Source of the DNA: Marsupella aquatica
Lineage: Eukaryota; Plantae; Marchantiophyta
NCBI GenBank assembly: GCA_973895155.1
Contig: OZ316896.1
Location: 2,356,001-2,420,000 of the forward strand
Reading direction: 5' to 3'
Length of the DNA stretch: 64,000 nucleotides
This document shows, piece after piece, positions 8,154-23,280 of the stretch. Under the pieces are notes generated by a model. The model did no database searches. It was not told the DNA's origin and saw nothing but the letters and a program-made list of their open reading frames with translations. Each line of letters opens with the position of its first letter. Positions within the stretch are counted from its first letter, which is position 1. The translations under genes were made by a program, and so were the position numbers.

Positions 8154-11100
8154 TGCCACATAGGCTTACAGGATGCAGTCCAAAGCTGCACCGAGACGGC
8201 ATAGACTACTGCACAGACCAAGAAAAGATTCGAATTGACATGTCGGAGCTGTGTCGCGTCGATGAAGCTGTCAAAACAAGCGTGGTACAATACCATTAAT
8301 TGGTCACGGACGACATGGCAGTAAGGGTAGCTAGAGCTGTCAAATCCTTAAGTAGGGAACGATTCAGATCATCTGCTTAGGCGATATGACAATGAAAGCT
8401 AGCAATTTTTAGTTATTACCAGTGGATAGACCAATTACACTTTTCCCATCAGGCCATATAATATATATATATGTAGACGAGTTAGATCGACTAAACACTC
8501 ATGAATACCGATGCGGAAGGATCTGGTTGCTGTTTGGCAGTGAATCAATGAATCGTTGATTGACTAGAAGCCAAATAATGCCTATGTACCAGTAAATTTT
8601 AATCTCGTCTGTTCAATGCAGTCAGCGACACTGAGTGGACGACTGATTGATTGATAAACTGCACGCGGTTTGTGAGTAGAGGCAAAAGATATGGCCTCTC
8701 TTGCATTCTGCGTGCAGCTAGAAATTTGCAGCTACCATTGTATCTATCCAACTCGTCATTAATTAAAATATAATATCTGATTCCCTTATCTTAATTTACG
8801 CTGACTTGACTGGTGAAATTTTGTTTACACTGGTTGTAATCCGAGTTCACGTTAACCTCTCCGGTTAATAGATATGTCTCACGCACCCGCTCACGCATCA
8901 GTGGTGATGATAATTAGAGTTTATGTGCCTGACGATTTATGGTTTAGTCTGGAAAATACAATGCTACCTACGAAGTACATTAAAGAGCCAGGACCCAGGT
9001 CGCACCATGCTTAGCTGGAATCCTGTTGGACGAGCTCACACATAAAACGCATATAGTAGAAGCAAAAAGTTGAGTTAGCGATATGACACTCCAACAAAAT
9101 TAAGAAGGTGAGCCTCGGATTTGGAGCCATTGACGCTTGACATCTACTGGATTCATATTCTGAGCGGGGAGAGAAATTATCTCTAGATAGACCACACTAC
9201 GTACAGCATAATTCAACAGTGTTACAGGGCTTGCTTTAGCTTAATTCTCTTTCAATCCATTGCGTCTAATTTTAGGCGCTTGAAGCTCAGTTATAACAAA
9301 GTAAGGCGTTGATGGATAGGCCGATGTGGACTTCTTCAGTGCTGTTTACTTCGGGCTGAAGTGAGCCTTGCGTTTCCTCGAATTTTCTCCTGCATTTACA
9401 TAGCGTGAACTCGATCTCAATCATTAATTCCAGTCCATGACCTTGGACGTGGCGTCTGAGCGTTGCTGTCAGCCGCGGCCAATTAATGCTCGATTTCTAC
9501 TTACATCCAGGCGCTAAGGTAGCCCTCGATCACGACGGAGAGGGTTCTTTGATGCGGCTCAGTTTTGTTGATTCTCATCGTGGAAGCAAAATCAATGGCT
9601 CCTGTCTACTATTTCACTCCCTAAGCTTAGCAATTTACGGTGTACGCAATGTACGTGTCCTCTAATAATTTCCTTCGTGGTATGAAAATATCCGAGACCC
9701 ATCATTCGACAAACCCACCTGCTCAATTCGATGATGTTTGCAGAACAGGTGATCGAGTGATTCTTGGGAGAACTTGACTTATTCAATATTCAGACTGTGA
9801 CACAAGCGGAGTACATGAATAATGAATCGGTTTCAAGCTAGTTCCTCAGACCCAAGTTGGGCCGTAGCTGTAGGATCAGGAAGAGAAAAGAACGGGGTTG
9901 GGTATTGGGAGATAGCTGGACAATCCGAGCTCATTAGAAAAGTTTGTCGCTTCAATAACAAGTCACTCTGCTTTCCAAAAGTACATCGGTCTAAGATCTA
10001 TCCACCCTAGACAGAAAGCACATCAAGAGAGTCTTAAAGGATGTGTGGTCACTGCAAGAGATTACGTTACTAAATGATCATATAAAATGATGGTTGAAAT
10101 TCCGATTCCCTTGATAATCATATTGTGATCAGTGCTTTGCTGCTTGAAACTTCAGTTACAAGAATGCTTGTCCTATAACTTACATCCTAAGCAAAAACTA
10201 GTTTGTCCCATGGCCCCAAACGTCTCGAAATGCCACCCTCAGTTGTAAGTTGAATGTATTTCATGTGAGACAGTACGTCCCTCAAAGAGACACCCGAGCC
10301 CAGGCTGGGTGGTGGTGGCAGTAGTTGCAACACTACCCTGAGCCTCTACAAACGAGAATCAGTGGTCTTTAAGATTTTCCAGCTTTGGGGAAAGCATTCT
10401 TTGAAGTTATAACTTGTTTAGACGTCAGGGAGGGAATGCTTGGTATGACTAATCTCTCTGTGAAGTCATCAATCATCTTGCTGACTTACATAGAGGACCA
10501 TGATCCAGTCTAGAATGACAACATGTTTCATGATCTTACAGGCGACAGACAACCATCATGTCTTCTGTCAATCACACATTGTGCCTAGCTAGCGCCCAAG
10601 CTTTTGATTGAGAGAGCAGAACCCCTAGAGCAGCACTCCCCAAATCGAACACTCTGCTGTTGTGAGTCAGATGGTGCTGTGGAAAAAATGACAAACGGCT
10701 GTACTGTATTTACAATAATCTAGACTCTTAGATTGGAACGGGCCAATGTGGTTGGCTGAGGTCTCTTTAAATTAAGTTCCGAACAAGACTCTGAGAGGGA
10801 AGTCCACTCTTACTCCTGCAAAGTGACGAAGAGACTCAAACGTTTCGACGTAATTCCTGGTGCCGGGGGGTTGTCGAGGGAGAATTTGAATAATTAATTA
10901 CGTTCAAACTCTGGAGGGGCTTTATATAGGCTATCGTTTCTATTCTTTTTGTCTTATTCAAGCTACACGGAAATACTAAAGTACAGTCCTCTTGTAGGGA
11001 AAGTTGAATTTACGAGCGAATGCCACCTTGTGTCTTGTGTGCAAGAGGAGAAGATGCTAAGACGTTCGATTTCTAGTTTTCCATAAATGAATTTGTGACA

Positions 11101-11842
11101 GTTAGAGATCCCTAGCTAGATTTATAAAAAAACCATTAGATATTGCCTAACAAAAGGAAAAAGGGTGGCAATGTTTCTGCTAGATCGATCTGCCGATTAC
11201 TTGGACATATATCAACTGGGACATCCAGAAAACCACGCCTACTTTTGCCTTTAAAAAACCAAATGAATTCCATTCATAAAGTCAGCAGGCAAGCTCCAAA
11301 AGGCAAAACCCAAGTGGACGGAAGGTCGAGGTGCTACAATCCTGTGGGTCCGGAACCAGGGAGAAGCTGGGCCTCCAAAGGAGTCAACTAAACTAGGAAT
11401 TCAGAAACTACAGCCTGAGCAGTACACTCCTTCAGACCGGCCTACTTTGGAGCCAGTGGGCAACTTGGAAATAGAGGAGAAAGTTCAAGATTGCATTGAG
11501 ATGGGAGCGTTTTTCAAATATTCTTGCTGCAAGTGAGTGCCCTGTGCATGACTTTTCAAATATTCTTGTTGCATGGTATCTGGGGAGAGCCATCCATTTC
11601 ATGAAAGCGAGAAAGAACACACAACCCAATGCACATTCAATTCAGACGAGAAAAAGGAACAGAGAAACACATTTATTGAAAAGGAGAATTTGACAAGGAA
11701 GCCTTTATATACCAAAATCCACTGTCACTTTTATACAAGTCGATCCACTTTCACTTTTGAACTGTTAACTCAAACAGCACTTTTGGCAAATCTTGAACTT
11801 TAACATTTTTAACAAGTATATATGCCTCATGCTAATACTACA

Positions 11843-12720
11843 TTAGCATCGTTCAATAGTCTCCTGCCCACCCCCAATCTCCACATGCACGTCCCTCCGT
11901 CTCCTGTGCAGAAAGTTGGTGAGCATAGCAGCAGCCTTGTAAGTTATGTTGAACTTAGGCTTAACTAAGTCCAATCTTTCATTAGCCTCCACCACTTCTG
12001 TTTCATCCCACAATACCCCACTCCACCTTACCCTGTATCCAGCATGCATTTTGTTGAAGACTTTCACTGGGCTTTGATCTAAACCCATAGCCATGATTTC
12101 AACCTTGCTGAAGCTTCACATTATGAACTTCTCCATGCTTGTGTATCCCTGATCATCAAAGACAAATTCAGAGTATCCTGGTTTGTTTGCAACAACTGTA
12201 GCCTATTTTGTTCACCCAAGAGCCCTTCAGAATTTTATTTTTATTTTTTAATACTTTTAATAGGAAATCTGTGAAACCCATAGAAAGGGAGCGGTCTATC
12301 ACAACATTTGAATTCAATATCTATCAGTCTCATCTCAAGTTTAGGATTTAGAGTTTATCTCAAGTGAGGTACCACAGCCATGAGTTAGCACACAACCATG
12401 CCTCTCTGGGCAGAATCCTTCAGAATTGTAACATCATGAAAACTCCCAGGATATCCTGGGTCTACATAAATGGACAAACCAGTATGGTCAACCAAGACAA
12501 TAGAATTCAAGCAGTATTTTCCAACCTTGGAACCATTTGCTGTGGTTTGCATCGCAAAAGGCCTACAAATTTGCAAAGAGTTTCATCCACAGAACCAATA
12601 CATCCTGAAATTTTGTAATGACCTGGCCTACCTCAATTCTCTCCTCAACAGTAGGCCAACAAATCTCATCGGCCATGGCTTCATTGACATAAGATGCACT
12701 ATACATTGGATCATCACAGA
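11843..12720 (-). pseudogene. Decayed Harbinger-type transposase (DDE_Tnp_4/HARBI1-like)
   Basis: Fragments NEAMADEICWPTVEER, YCLNSIVLVDHTGLSIYVDPGYPGSFHDVTILK, DQGYTSME, FNKMHAGYRVR and AAMLTNFLHRRR; frameshifted and interrupted by an AT-rich segment at ~12200-12380. Confidence 0.85.
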
Positions 12721-12887
12721 CAAAAGATATTGACATAAGATGCAATATACATTGGATCATCAGACAAAAGATTTTGCCCCCTTCCAATGCACAACAGTTG
12801 GAGGTTATGTTCCACTGCACAACAGTTGGAGGTTATGGGGTACGGCAGGCAAGTCAATCCCCCAAAAGTTGTCTTTTGGCAGTATGA

Positions 12888-13285
12888 GAGCATAAAGTGC
12901 CAACCTCCTTTCAGGGCAAATCTAGCAGCAGGCAAGGAGCGGATGCACATCGAACCTCCAAAGTTTTGGAGATTGCAGGGTAAGGTGGGAGAGTTGATGC
13001 CCAAAAAGTGGCTGCTATGTGCATATTTGGCATGACTCTCCAAAAAGTAGCCCTTGGCGGTATGGGGTCCTTGTCTGGAGCATACACTGCCAACCTCCTT
13101 CCAAGGCAAATCTAGTCTTAGGCAAGAAGAGAATGCACATCGAGCCTCCAAACTTTTGGAGGTTGAGGGGTAAGGTGGGAGAGTTGATCTCCAAAAAGAG
13201 GCTGCTTTGTGCATATTTGGGGTAAGGGGGTACAGGTGGGAGAGTCGCTCCCCAAAAAGGGGCCGCTATGTGGGAATTTGGCAGA
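12888..13285. repeat. Imperfect ~190-bp direct repeats, probably the subterminal region of the Harbinger element
   Basis: gagcataaagtgccaacctcct...gtgcatatttgg at 12888-13030 is repeated at 13078-13220; partial third copy to ~13285. Confidence 0.75.
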
Positions 13286-13615
13286 TGGGGGTAGAAAAAC
13301 GACACGTTGGAGACACTTAGGTTTCTTTGGTTTCCCAAGTAAGAAGTTGTCCGAGCTGTTACAATTTTTGGAGATACAGCACTTATTTGCTTCGACACCT
13401 GTGAACTGATTTCTGTATGGGAACCTAATCTCGAGCATAATCTTGAAATAGAACTGCTAATGTCTAGCTGGAATCAAGCTCGACTAAAGAATTCAAGCAA
13501 GACGAGCTAGAAATTGGATTACAGGCAAGCAGCCACTGAAAAATACAAATTCAGGACTAACATCCGTCGAATCTCATAACGAAGATCAGGAGGAGAGGAG
13601 ACCGACATTCACGAG

Positions 13616-13726
13616 AGAAACTTGAGATCGCAATTTTTCTCCGAAATGAATGTCACAAATGACAGAAACTTGAGATCGCAATTTCTCTCCGAAATGAATG
13701 TCACAAATGAAAGAAACTTGAGATCG
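13616..13726. repeat. 48-bp tandem repeat, ~2.3 copies
   Basis: agaaacttgagatcgcaattt.tctccgaaatgaatgtcacaaatga repeated. Confidence 0.9.
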
Positions 13727-14724
13727 TACAAAACCCAGTGCAGTATGAGGTACACCCAGTCCACCCTGAAGTACTCCAGACGTGGCCCTCTTCAGAACAA
13801 TTTTTAGTAAAATCCTATGGAAAACCAACCGGAGGTTAATCCGGCCAGTTTGCTCAGATCCACCAATGTCAATGACGAGACTTTTCACTCATCTCTACAT
13901 TGAGAAAACAAGATTTCATGACTAGTGTTCTTACAAAATGCCAACGTGAGGGCGACGGTTCTGTCCCAGAACGATGCACCAGATTCTCACCAACGGGTTG
14001 AAGCAGCGTCCACCTTTCCTTTGTGAAAATTCTCTCAGGAGATTTAGGATTCTTCACTGACAATTGTCCCGCCTGTGAGGGCTGTGTCTAGGCTTTTTGC
14101 TTCTCCTCGGTCCTCAGTTCAGACGCAACGTTCACTGGTTCACTCAGTTCGTTCATCCCGCTCAGGTTGGGAGCGTGTCCAACCTGCTTCTTGTTTCATT
14201 GGATCAGGGTCTACCACCGACTCTTTCCATACTTCTATTGAAAGCTCAATGCTATCGTTTGTCTCTCCTCCCTCACTCTGGTTAGAGGACAAGCTTGCCC
14301 CACTTTTGCAGTACATAAAGACTCTGACCCAATTGGAAAGTGCTTGCTGCAGCCTTGCAGCCATAGACGGACACAACTCAGATAAGGGATGGGACTGGTC
14401 ACAACACAATAACAACTCAACCAATTGGCATCATCCCATAAAATCTCCTCAAAACTCCAGGCTGCAAGCTCCAATCGCATGAAAGGGAGGCCGCTCATTG
14501 ATGGAGTAAATTAGAAAACGATGACCTTAAGTGAATGGGGGTGATCAGCTCTAACATTTTCTACAAAGAAGCTCCACTGGAATGGTCAGAATTCTCTTTC
14601 CGTCTACAAGCTTGATAGCTTTGAATGTGTACATCCACTGACTGCCAACACGTGGGCTGCATGATGGACCAAGGTGTCTACCTGAGACCAAACTTGGACT
14701 ACTCCTTAGTCCACACATTTTAAT

Positions 14725-17700
14725 TTAGAATCGCCGCATCTCCTTGGGAGGCTTGAAGTTGACTGGGTGAGTCTCTGGAGTAGCTTGGTCATCCTCCCTC
14801 CACATTTTGATAGTCTTGTCCGCTTCACACGTGACTAGACGGCTGCCAGTCACGTCAAAACCAAGAGCATAAATGCCTGCTTCGCTATCCAGAGACCCTG
14901 AAAATGAAAGAAAAGACATTGTCAATTACTCCATCAACAGCCATTTGAACAGAGATCTTGGTCAAGATCCACTTCAACAGCATCTAGTACGATTCTTGAT
15001 CAAAGTCTGAAAACACGCTCTTAAGCGGAGCAAAGTCACCAACAACGACAAAACAAGCATGGTTAGAGCGCTAAAATGGAGGAAAAACCCACCGGGCTGA
15101 ACAACAGTTTGAGCTTGTTGAAAGTTGTGGCCACTCTTCCAGTCCCAGAACCACAAGCTACCATTATCCCCTGTTAAAAAATTGGAACAGTGTCTAAGAA
15201 GTGAGGAAAACCCGTCGGAACATGCTTATACAATGGGACTTATTTCCAATGATGCGTACTTCAAGGAAAGTAGATTAAAATATACTTCGTCCAATACAAG
15301 GGATTATCCTCTAATTAAGTGAAAAAATTATTTAGCTTGTGTTCATAGAAAAGGGCATTCAAAACAGAAAATTACACGCTAGACAAATACATTTTGCATG
15401 ATCGATGCAAATCTCAGTTGGTGTGACCCAAATCATCCAGGAACACCAAACACTGCTACAGAATCGAATTTGTGTAACATATAAGGTAGCTATATAGTTT
15501 TTCCCCTGCTTGGACTAGAGCAGATGCATCTTTCGATACTGCAAGGGTAGCATGCCAAGAAAACCAACGAAACTCGGGACAAACCTGCTGAGCAGAGGAC
15601 ATTATCCTCGTTAATAGCCATACAATTGACAATTGTTCTCTGCTGCGATCTGTGCAACGTCAGAAAAATGAGGCAAGTGAGAGACGGAGGCAATTCAAAA
15701 ATGTCCCCGCAATAAGCATGGAGTGTAGGCAGTGTATGTGCACATATAAATCTTCATATCCCTCTATTTCTGGCAATGGGAACTTACAGCATGTTGTGCA
15801 GAAAATCGCCCTTAGGGAGGCGGAATTTCTTTATGTTATCTGCAGAGGCTGATGCAAAAGTATGCCTGTGATGAAAATAGACAGGTAAACTTGGGTAAAA
15901 GAACACCAAAATTCCGCTGACCAAAGAGTAGTGAAACCGTTGACTTATGAAAACCATCGTAAATATGACAAAACAGTGAAAGAGCTCTGCCCCTCGATAC
16001 TTGTCTGATACGGCATCCATCCCACGAACTTTAGAACTCCCATGGTAAACATTCAGAGCTACTAAATTATGCGCTCTTCGATCCCCCTTCCCAGAGAAGC
16101 AATATCATACCAAACACAGACACACACGGGATAGGCACTTACTCGAATGGATGGATGGCAAGAGCACGCACAGATTTCTTATGAAACGTCAGAGTCGACA
16201 TAGACTTTCCTGGACAAAGCAAAAACGATATGAATTTCTCCAGATAACTCCGAGAATTTCAAAACACCCTCAGAAACACATCAGCGCCAACAAGACAATT
16301 TGGGCCCAATTCAGCAACACCAAGCAATACCTGCAGCCAAGTCCCACAGTTTGATGGTTGTGTCGTGTGATCCTGTCACCACTTGTGGGTCCTGCTCAAG
16401 AATGAAAACCAAATTTTATTACTTCCCACTACCAAACCAGATTTCCATCCCAAAATATGTTAAGCGACTGAAAACATGTTCTGCATAGGTTGTCTACATT
16501 GATAGCATTCTTGGGGAAAAGACCGACTCTTAGAAGAAGATGAGAAAGAATAAACGTACCGTGGCTTGCGTTATGATGGAGCACACAGTATTTTCATGTC
16601 CAGAAAGAGCAAAAATTTGAGCTTTCGTTCGCATATCCCAGACCTGCAAGAAAAACCAAGATTAGTACAGACCTAGACAAGTTACAACTTCTGCATTTCA
16701 CAACTTTCTCTAAAATGAGGCCTAAGAATGTCGACCTTACCCGGCAAACAGAGTCACGCCCACCGGTCATCAGAATGTCCAACGTTGGATGAAGGGATAA
16801 GCAGTAAACGCCACTTAAGTGTCCATGATATGATCGTATCACCTGCCACAACAGGGCATCGGAAAATATAAATGTATGAGAATTCAGATAACAGCGCAGG
16901 AAACTGCCCAGTTCGAGCCCCACTTCTCCGGTCTGGACGCAAGACTGAACATTGCAAGACTGAACATTGCTGCATGTGGATGGTAGGACAATCAAGGTGG
17001 TGGTTGCCTGAGATAAATCCCCCAATTCCCATCGGTAAAGGATGTATTTAAGGAAGTACAGGATTATCCCCATGCTTCCCTTTCCAGCACGCCGTGTCTC
17101 GTTGATGGCCTATTCACTCAGCTACCTATTATATATCTTGCATCCAAAGGCGATGAGACCCGGTCGTCTTTGGGACATTCATCTTGGCATGGAAGAGAAT
17201 GAATTGATTGTAAAGTAGACAAATCTCCACTTGCAGCCATGGACAGCTGCAATTCATTACACTTTCACCGAGATCCTATCTGTAGCCTGTGGACACTTAT
17301 ATAGTTCTACAGTACTGAAGAGAACACATATTCTATTCACATACCTTGTTGTACTCCAAGTCCCAACATTTAACTTGTTTGTCATCACCAGCTGAAAACA
17401 GATAGGGATGACGAGGACTAACAGCCAAACCTGAACAGCCATCATCCACAAAGTGCTCAGAAAAATTTAGGATTTTAGACAAACCCCCGACTAGATCTAA
17501 CAAAACTGAGATCAAAACAGTTTCGGACAAGTGTAGATGATGACCTCGAACTTGTTCAATATGACCAGTCAATGTCAATCTGAGCTTGCCAGTTGCTGTT
17601 TCCCATATCTGAAAGAGAACAAAAAGAATCAGCTCGCGGCACTAGCTGACAGTGGACATACAAGTACAGCATACAAGACTTCGTATGCAGAGCTCAAAAC

Positions 17701-19950
17701 CAACTCTAGATCGTGATCCACCAACCTGGCAAATCTGACTATGACCTATCCATTCAGTCTATTGGAAGAATACAAATTCTTCTTATATTTTCCGAGAAAA
17801 TCTTAACAAGGTGCTTAGCGACATCCTCGCTCGGGACAGAAAGCACTACATAGTCTCATAGGAAGGCAAACAGCTCACTTTAATGGTTCGATCCGCAGAG
17901 CCCGTGCAAAACCACTCATTTCCCGGGTCGAAAGCTATCGATCTCACCCATCCAAGATGTCCACTAATAACCTGGACGCAATGTTGGCATCATCATTGAC
18001 TGCGACACATGAAGCCGTGATTCTACCTGATGGTTATCAAATGAACTAAGCGTTTAAAAATATATTGATTCGCACTACAAGACAAAACTAGCCATAGTTC
18101 ACTAGAAATCAAAAATTAGATCTGGGGTCATTCCAAGTTCAGAATACATTCATTGGACTCTCTTAACCTTGACAAAGAACGGAGTATATTCTTACTCTGT
18201 ATTTGATCCAGGGTGGATGCCATGCTGGCTTTGGCCATTTACTAGGTAGTCTTTTCATCACAGCGGCACTAGACTGATACCTGAATGTAGAAGAACCCAG
18301 TAACAGTCAGTTTCAGAGACAGTTCTAAACACTACAACTCGGATAAAAGTGTTTTTGTTAAAACGCCAGGAAAGTCACCTTTCAACTCCTCCGACTGCGA
18401 GTTTACTTTCTCCTGGAGCACCTGGGCCAGCTGCTGCGGAAGGCTGGGCGCGTGGGGGAGCAGTGACAATTTGCAAGCTTGCTCCGGGTTCCAAGGCATC
18501 TTTTTTGGTGCCAGGGACTGCAAAGGCAACGCACTTCTTGAATGACAACTAATATAATGAGCTAGCAGTTGACAAGGAATTGTGTAAAATAATACAGTCA
18601 CGCTACTGATGGCATCAAAACAAAATAGGAATTCCAACGCAGCTCCAAGGCCGTGGCTACGAATGTTACAAGTCTAGTCGCATCTCCATGCGCTTCCAGG
18701 TATATGGAACAAGAGCTCCAAGCGAATATCGCAGCATAGGATAGGGACTACCTGCAGCTACTTCTCCTGCTGACTGACTAACTGGCGGAAGAGCCAGGGT
18801 GTCTCCCCCATTAGTTGAAGGTGCTGCAGTTGAGTCCCTTGGAGGCAATGGAGGCAAATCTTTAACAGCACCATACTCGTCTCTAATCTGCACATTTCGC
18901 AAAACAGTGGATCCCGTCATGGGTAGGATTGATCGCATCCCTCTGGCAAGAAGAAAGTCAGACGCAATACATGCTGGCTATGCAGCGTGCGTGAAAAAGT
19001 GTTCAGAACACGCACCTGAAATGAAGGGCCCACAACAAGAGAAGAAAAAACCCTAGATTCCCTCAGGGTTTGGATATGGAATTTGAATTCCTCGTTTGAT
19101 CATTATTCGTTCTTTCAAGGCCGTACAGAACCATAAAAATAAACCCAAATAAACCTAGACCGCGAATCCGTTGACGTTTTCATACAACAGCGGTGACAAT
19201 GAGTAGAAGGACGGAGACCCCACCTTACTCTGTATCCTTATGTTGCGACTGTAAACACGACAATGCAGAATGTCACCATAATTCATATGCACAAACAACC
19301 AGAAGACAACTGCGTTAGAAATGTGCTCACCGACTCTTCATAAGCAATCACCAAAAATCCCTCAACATTCGAAAAGGGAAAAGGAAGACCACGGACTTGC
19401 GCAAGATTCAAGCAATTCAGATAGTTATCCTCGTCTTCTGGTCCCCATCGATGAGCATGAAAATTAAGCCTCTTATAATTAGTAACGGACTAGCAAATTC
19501 TGGCAGTAAGATTAAAAAGTCCAAGGTCCGTGAGAACTTAAACCCTAACTTTAGATATCCACCAACCCCGTTTCCTCGAGAAAACCTAAAGAATGCATGG
19601 AAATACCACACACCACCAAAACAATTGCTTCATTCCACCTCACACAGAAATATTCAAGCTACACGCGACCCTGGCGGAAACGAACCCAGCTCAGCCTACC
19701 TGCTGGCTGGCTCATGTGACACACGGCGCAGTCCAAACAAATTGAAAGACACGAAACGAGCCACTCTAGAAACCATGGACGACTGGAAAAGCAGAAGCAA
19801 TGTACGGTACCTTTTAGGATCGCCGGGAACGCGGTCACCATGGGAGGTAATGAAGAGATCCAAGGAGCGCTTGAGGGATTTGAGACTGAGTTTCTTCAAC
19901 GACTGGGGCTCGACAATGAAATCGACGCCTCCGATAGTAGGGGCCGGCAT
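14725..19950 (-). CDS. PRL1: PLEIOTROPIC REGULATORY LOCUS 1 / PLRG1 / Prp46 WD40 subunit of the MAC/NTC spliceosome complex (multi-exon)
   Basis: N-terminus [35 protein letters not shown] exons include [78 protein letters not shown] and [14 protein letters not shown]-terminus [33 protein letters not shown]...[10 protein letters not shown]. Confidence 0.96.
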
Positions 19951-20214
19951 GGCTGAAGGAGACGGAGAAAGGAAACAGCAACGAGGAAGGAGAACGAGGG
20001 CACCTAAAGAATCCTCAACACCATCGCACTTGAGGTGCGGTGCGCTTCGCTCGACAGGGTTTTGGCTGCTGTCTGTCCCCTGTCATCAACATGTTCCCCT
20101 TCCCGCTCCTGCCTCTCTGCAACGCGAACTGCGATGGTCTTCTTTTGTCCCAGGCTTTTGTCCCAGGCCCTCATGGAATGCGCTACGTAGAGAGAGACAT
20201 TCAGTACTTGATGG

Positions 20215-20745
20215 ACCTCTAAAACTGGACCTCTAAATTGGCAAGTGTTATTACTTGGTGACACCCCCTCAGGTTTTGGGTACCTTTGATTTAAACCGCC
20301 ACTAGCCAAAGACAAAAACGTGGTTACACAGATTTCACCATTTTTAGTATTTTTCCCAAAATTGTGGAGCAAAGTCTCAGGGGAGAGGAGAGGAATGTGA
20401 AAAAGTGAGAAGCTTTGGACACTCCTCCTTTTATATGGCTAGTGGTGGCTTAAAGTCTATCACCGTCTGATCACTCATGAATGTCAATACCCCTTTTCAT
20501 TTTGGACCTCTAAATTGGCAAGTTTTATTACTTGGTCACACATTAACCCTGAGGTTTTGGGTACCTTTGATTTAAGGTCTATCAACCATCTGGATCACCA
20601 TGAACATCAATACTCCTTTTCATTTTGGACCAACCGTCTGGATCACTCATGAACATCAATACCCCTCGTCATTTTGGACCAACCTTCCAAAAGGGGTATT
20701 GATGTTCATGAGTGATCCAGATGGTTGATCAATACCCCTTTGTAT
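20215..20745. mobile_element. Small repeat-rich/foldback element just upstream of PRL1
   Basis: ggacctctaaattggcaag...ggtacctttgattta at ~20227 and ~20504. gatcactcatgaacatcaatacccc occurs three times directly and once inverted at 20693-20727. Confidence 0.55.
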
Positions 20746-21653
20746 TTGACAAACTGGAGGTTTGACTACAGTAGCTAGCATTAGTCAAAAGTTGGGGGCG
20801 AGAAAACAATGGGAGGATCCCTAGTGCAGACCCCTATTTTCCACCCTCACCCTGCCCATTTGCGTTTGGATCCCTCTTCTTTCAATTGTGGGTTCCTTGC
20901 AAACTTCTCACAATTAACCATTTCCCTGTCCTAGAGGTATTTCCATTGGCCACCACACCAAGCATATCAAAGGAGCCCTAGTCCATGGAACATGTCTAAC
21001 TTTGACTTAGAAAATAAAGCACATTTTAGGGGAACCCAAAACCTAAGTGCAGCTAAGCTTCACATGGTTAGAAAAGTTGGGGCTGAAAAAGGGAGTGTAT
21101 TTAGTGACATGGCCCTACTATGCCCAGTGGAACATAAAAATTAACTTTCTTCAGCCATAGGCTAATTGGATGCAATCTTGGTTCATTTGTTCCAGTAATA
21201 TTCCTAAGTTTGGATGGTATCTATGAAAATGTGCATTTCAACTAGGATGACATGAATGTAGAGTTTAAAAGCTTGTAAGACGCTACATTCAGTTCACCCA
21301 GTTTTGAGATTCCATCCAAATTCAAAAGTTTGGATGGAGATCTTATCCTGGATACAAAATCAGGAACTGGATCTAAAATAGAGACTTACAATTTTATTTT
21401 ATCAAGTGCTGATAAGATTGGGCTCATGAACACTAAGACTTTTGAGCACTATAACATGCAATCTCATTCTTTACTTTCTGTGGTCCCTTTTGGAAATATC
21501 ATTTTGGCAAGAAGCTTCCCTGGCCATACTGAAATGGTGTCAGTATACACCTTTCCTGCCCCCAACCCATCACCCTCCCTACAGCTTGAACAGTCATCCT
21601 TTAAAATCCAGCTACCACGCTTACTTGTTGACTCCCCCCAGAGTTTGAGTCCC

Positions 21654-21867
21654 TGACCATCTAACTATACACAATCACAATCCAAAGCTACTCTTCAAGG
21701 CCTATGGTCTAGAGTGAAACCTCTACATTGTGACTCTGGGGCGTAAATGAAGTTGGGCTTTGACCATCTAGCTATACAATCACAATCCAAAGCTACTTTT
21801 CAAGGCCTATAGTCTAGAGTGAAACCTCTAGACTGTGACTTTGGGGGCGTAAATGAAGTTGGGGCTA
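21654..21867. repeat. ~107-bp direct duplication of a dispersed repeat family
   Basis: tgaccatcta.ctatac..aatcacaatccaaagctact...gtctagagtgaaacctcta...gcgtaaatgaagttggg occurs twice. Related sequence lies at ~22995-23045 and, inverted, at ~60683-60735. Confidence 0.75.
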
Positions 21868-23070
21868 CGACTGGAGAACGGAGATTGGGGCCAGAGTGAG
21901 TCTGAAAATGGCTCAGCGGGCTGGATGTACTCACTTCTATTTACATTCAAAGGACAGATGTCCAGGGTAGTCTCACATATGCACTACAGTGAACTCTGGA
22001 TAAATGCACTCTCCATAAACACTTACCCTGGATTATTGCATGCCATCTTGTTCTTCCCCTTTTGTTTACACGAGATAAGCGGTTTTTAAGCGTTTTTTCT
22101 AAGCACACTTAGGGCTAAAATCATTCCGCTAAACGACAACTTTCTAAGCGCTTACCCTGGATAAGTGATTGAATGCGCTTATTTGTAAATGCATATACTC
22201 CAGACGTGTCATTTACTGATAAAGGGATGCCCATTATTAGTAGAGTACATAATGCACTTAAGGAGTGGGCAAAGAATTAGGGCAGGGATTAAGGTACGAG
22301 GCTGACTACGGGGTCCATAGAGCATGCGAACACTGCTGCGCACTGTAGCTCATGGTACTGTAGCTCGTGAATCATTGGGGTAGTCAGGTGGAATCAACAT
22401 GGAGGAAAGGAAGGTGACAACACTGACTCACAAGCACAAGCAAGAAATGTGTCGCCACAAGCAAAAGCATCCAGAGCTCACAAACAAAGCTCTAGTTGAA
22501 TGGGCTTCTGAAACATTTTGGCGCTAAGGTACATCAAACTACTGTCGGTAGAATCTCGAAGAAATCTTTCTCATTGCTTGCCAATGTGACTGCAAATGAA
22601 GTCAAACAAAATCATAGTGCACTTTGCCCAGATCTGGAAGAAACCCTGGATAATTACACATTTAACAAAGGATCCCAAATTAAGCACACTTATCTATTAC
22701 AACAATTATCTATTACAACACTTTTAGTGGGATGTGCGCTTATCAAGTCATGCAACACCTGCTTAAGTGCATGCCATGTCCTTCTTCCCGAGAGGGTGCG
22801 TTTATCCAGAGTTTACTGTATAACTCTTTGGCTCAAGATCATTCAAGTCACAACATTGAGCAATGCACAAGCATTGAGCTGATCATATACCTAGCCCCTG
22901 CCCAAACAACTAAACTAAGGTTTGTGATGGCCCCTGACCAAACAACCAAAGGTTTGTGATCACAATTATCTTACTATAAAAACACCAACTGAAGTCTAGT
23001 GTGAAGAGCCTAGACCTAGAGGGAAGCCTCTAGACCGTAACTCTATGGTCATCATGTGTATGTGAAACTC

Positions 23071-23280
23071 ATATGGATATACATACAAAAAGAATAATAT
23101 GCACATAAAGAAGAATGATATATTATATATGACTATTAAAATGATAATTTTTTTATCATTTTATTAACCTTCAAAGAATATGGCGATCATGTGCATGTGA
23201 AAAATTAATATGGATGTGCATACAAAAGAATGATGTGCACATAAAGGAGAATGATATATTATTATGACATTTTTATTGTC
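23071..23280. repeat. Diverged AT-rich direct duplication (~137-bp spacing)
   Basis: atatggat...catacaaaa.gaat.at.tgcacataaag.agaatgatatat at 23071 and 23208. Confidence 0.65.

Noticed and set aside
13869-14498. Overlapping ORFs downstream of PRL1
   Set aside because: No recognisable domain or consistent splice structure.
19397-20236. 279-aa plus-strand ORF
   Set aside because: Antisense to PRL1 exon 1, intron and UTR; non-ATG start and no protein-like features.
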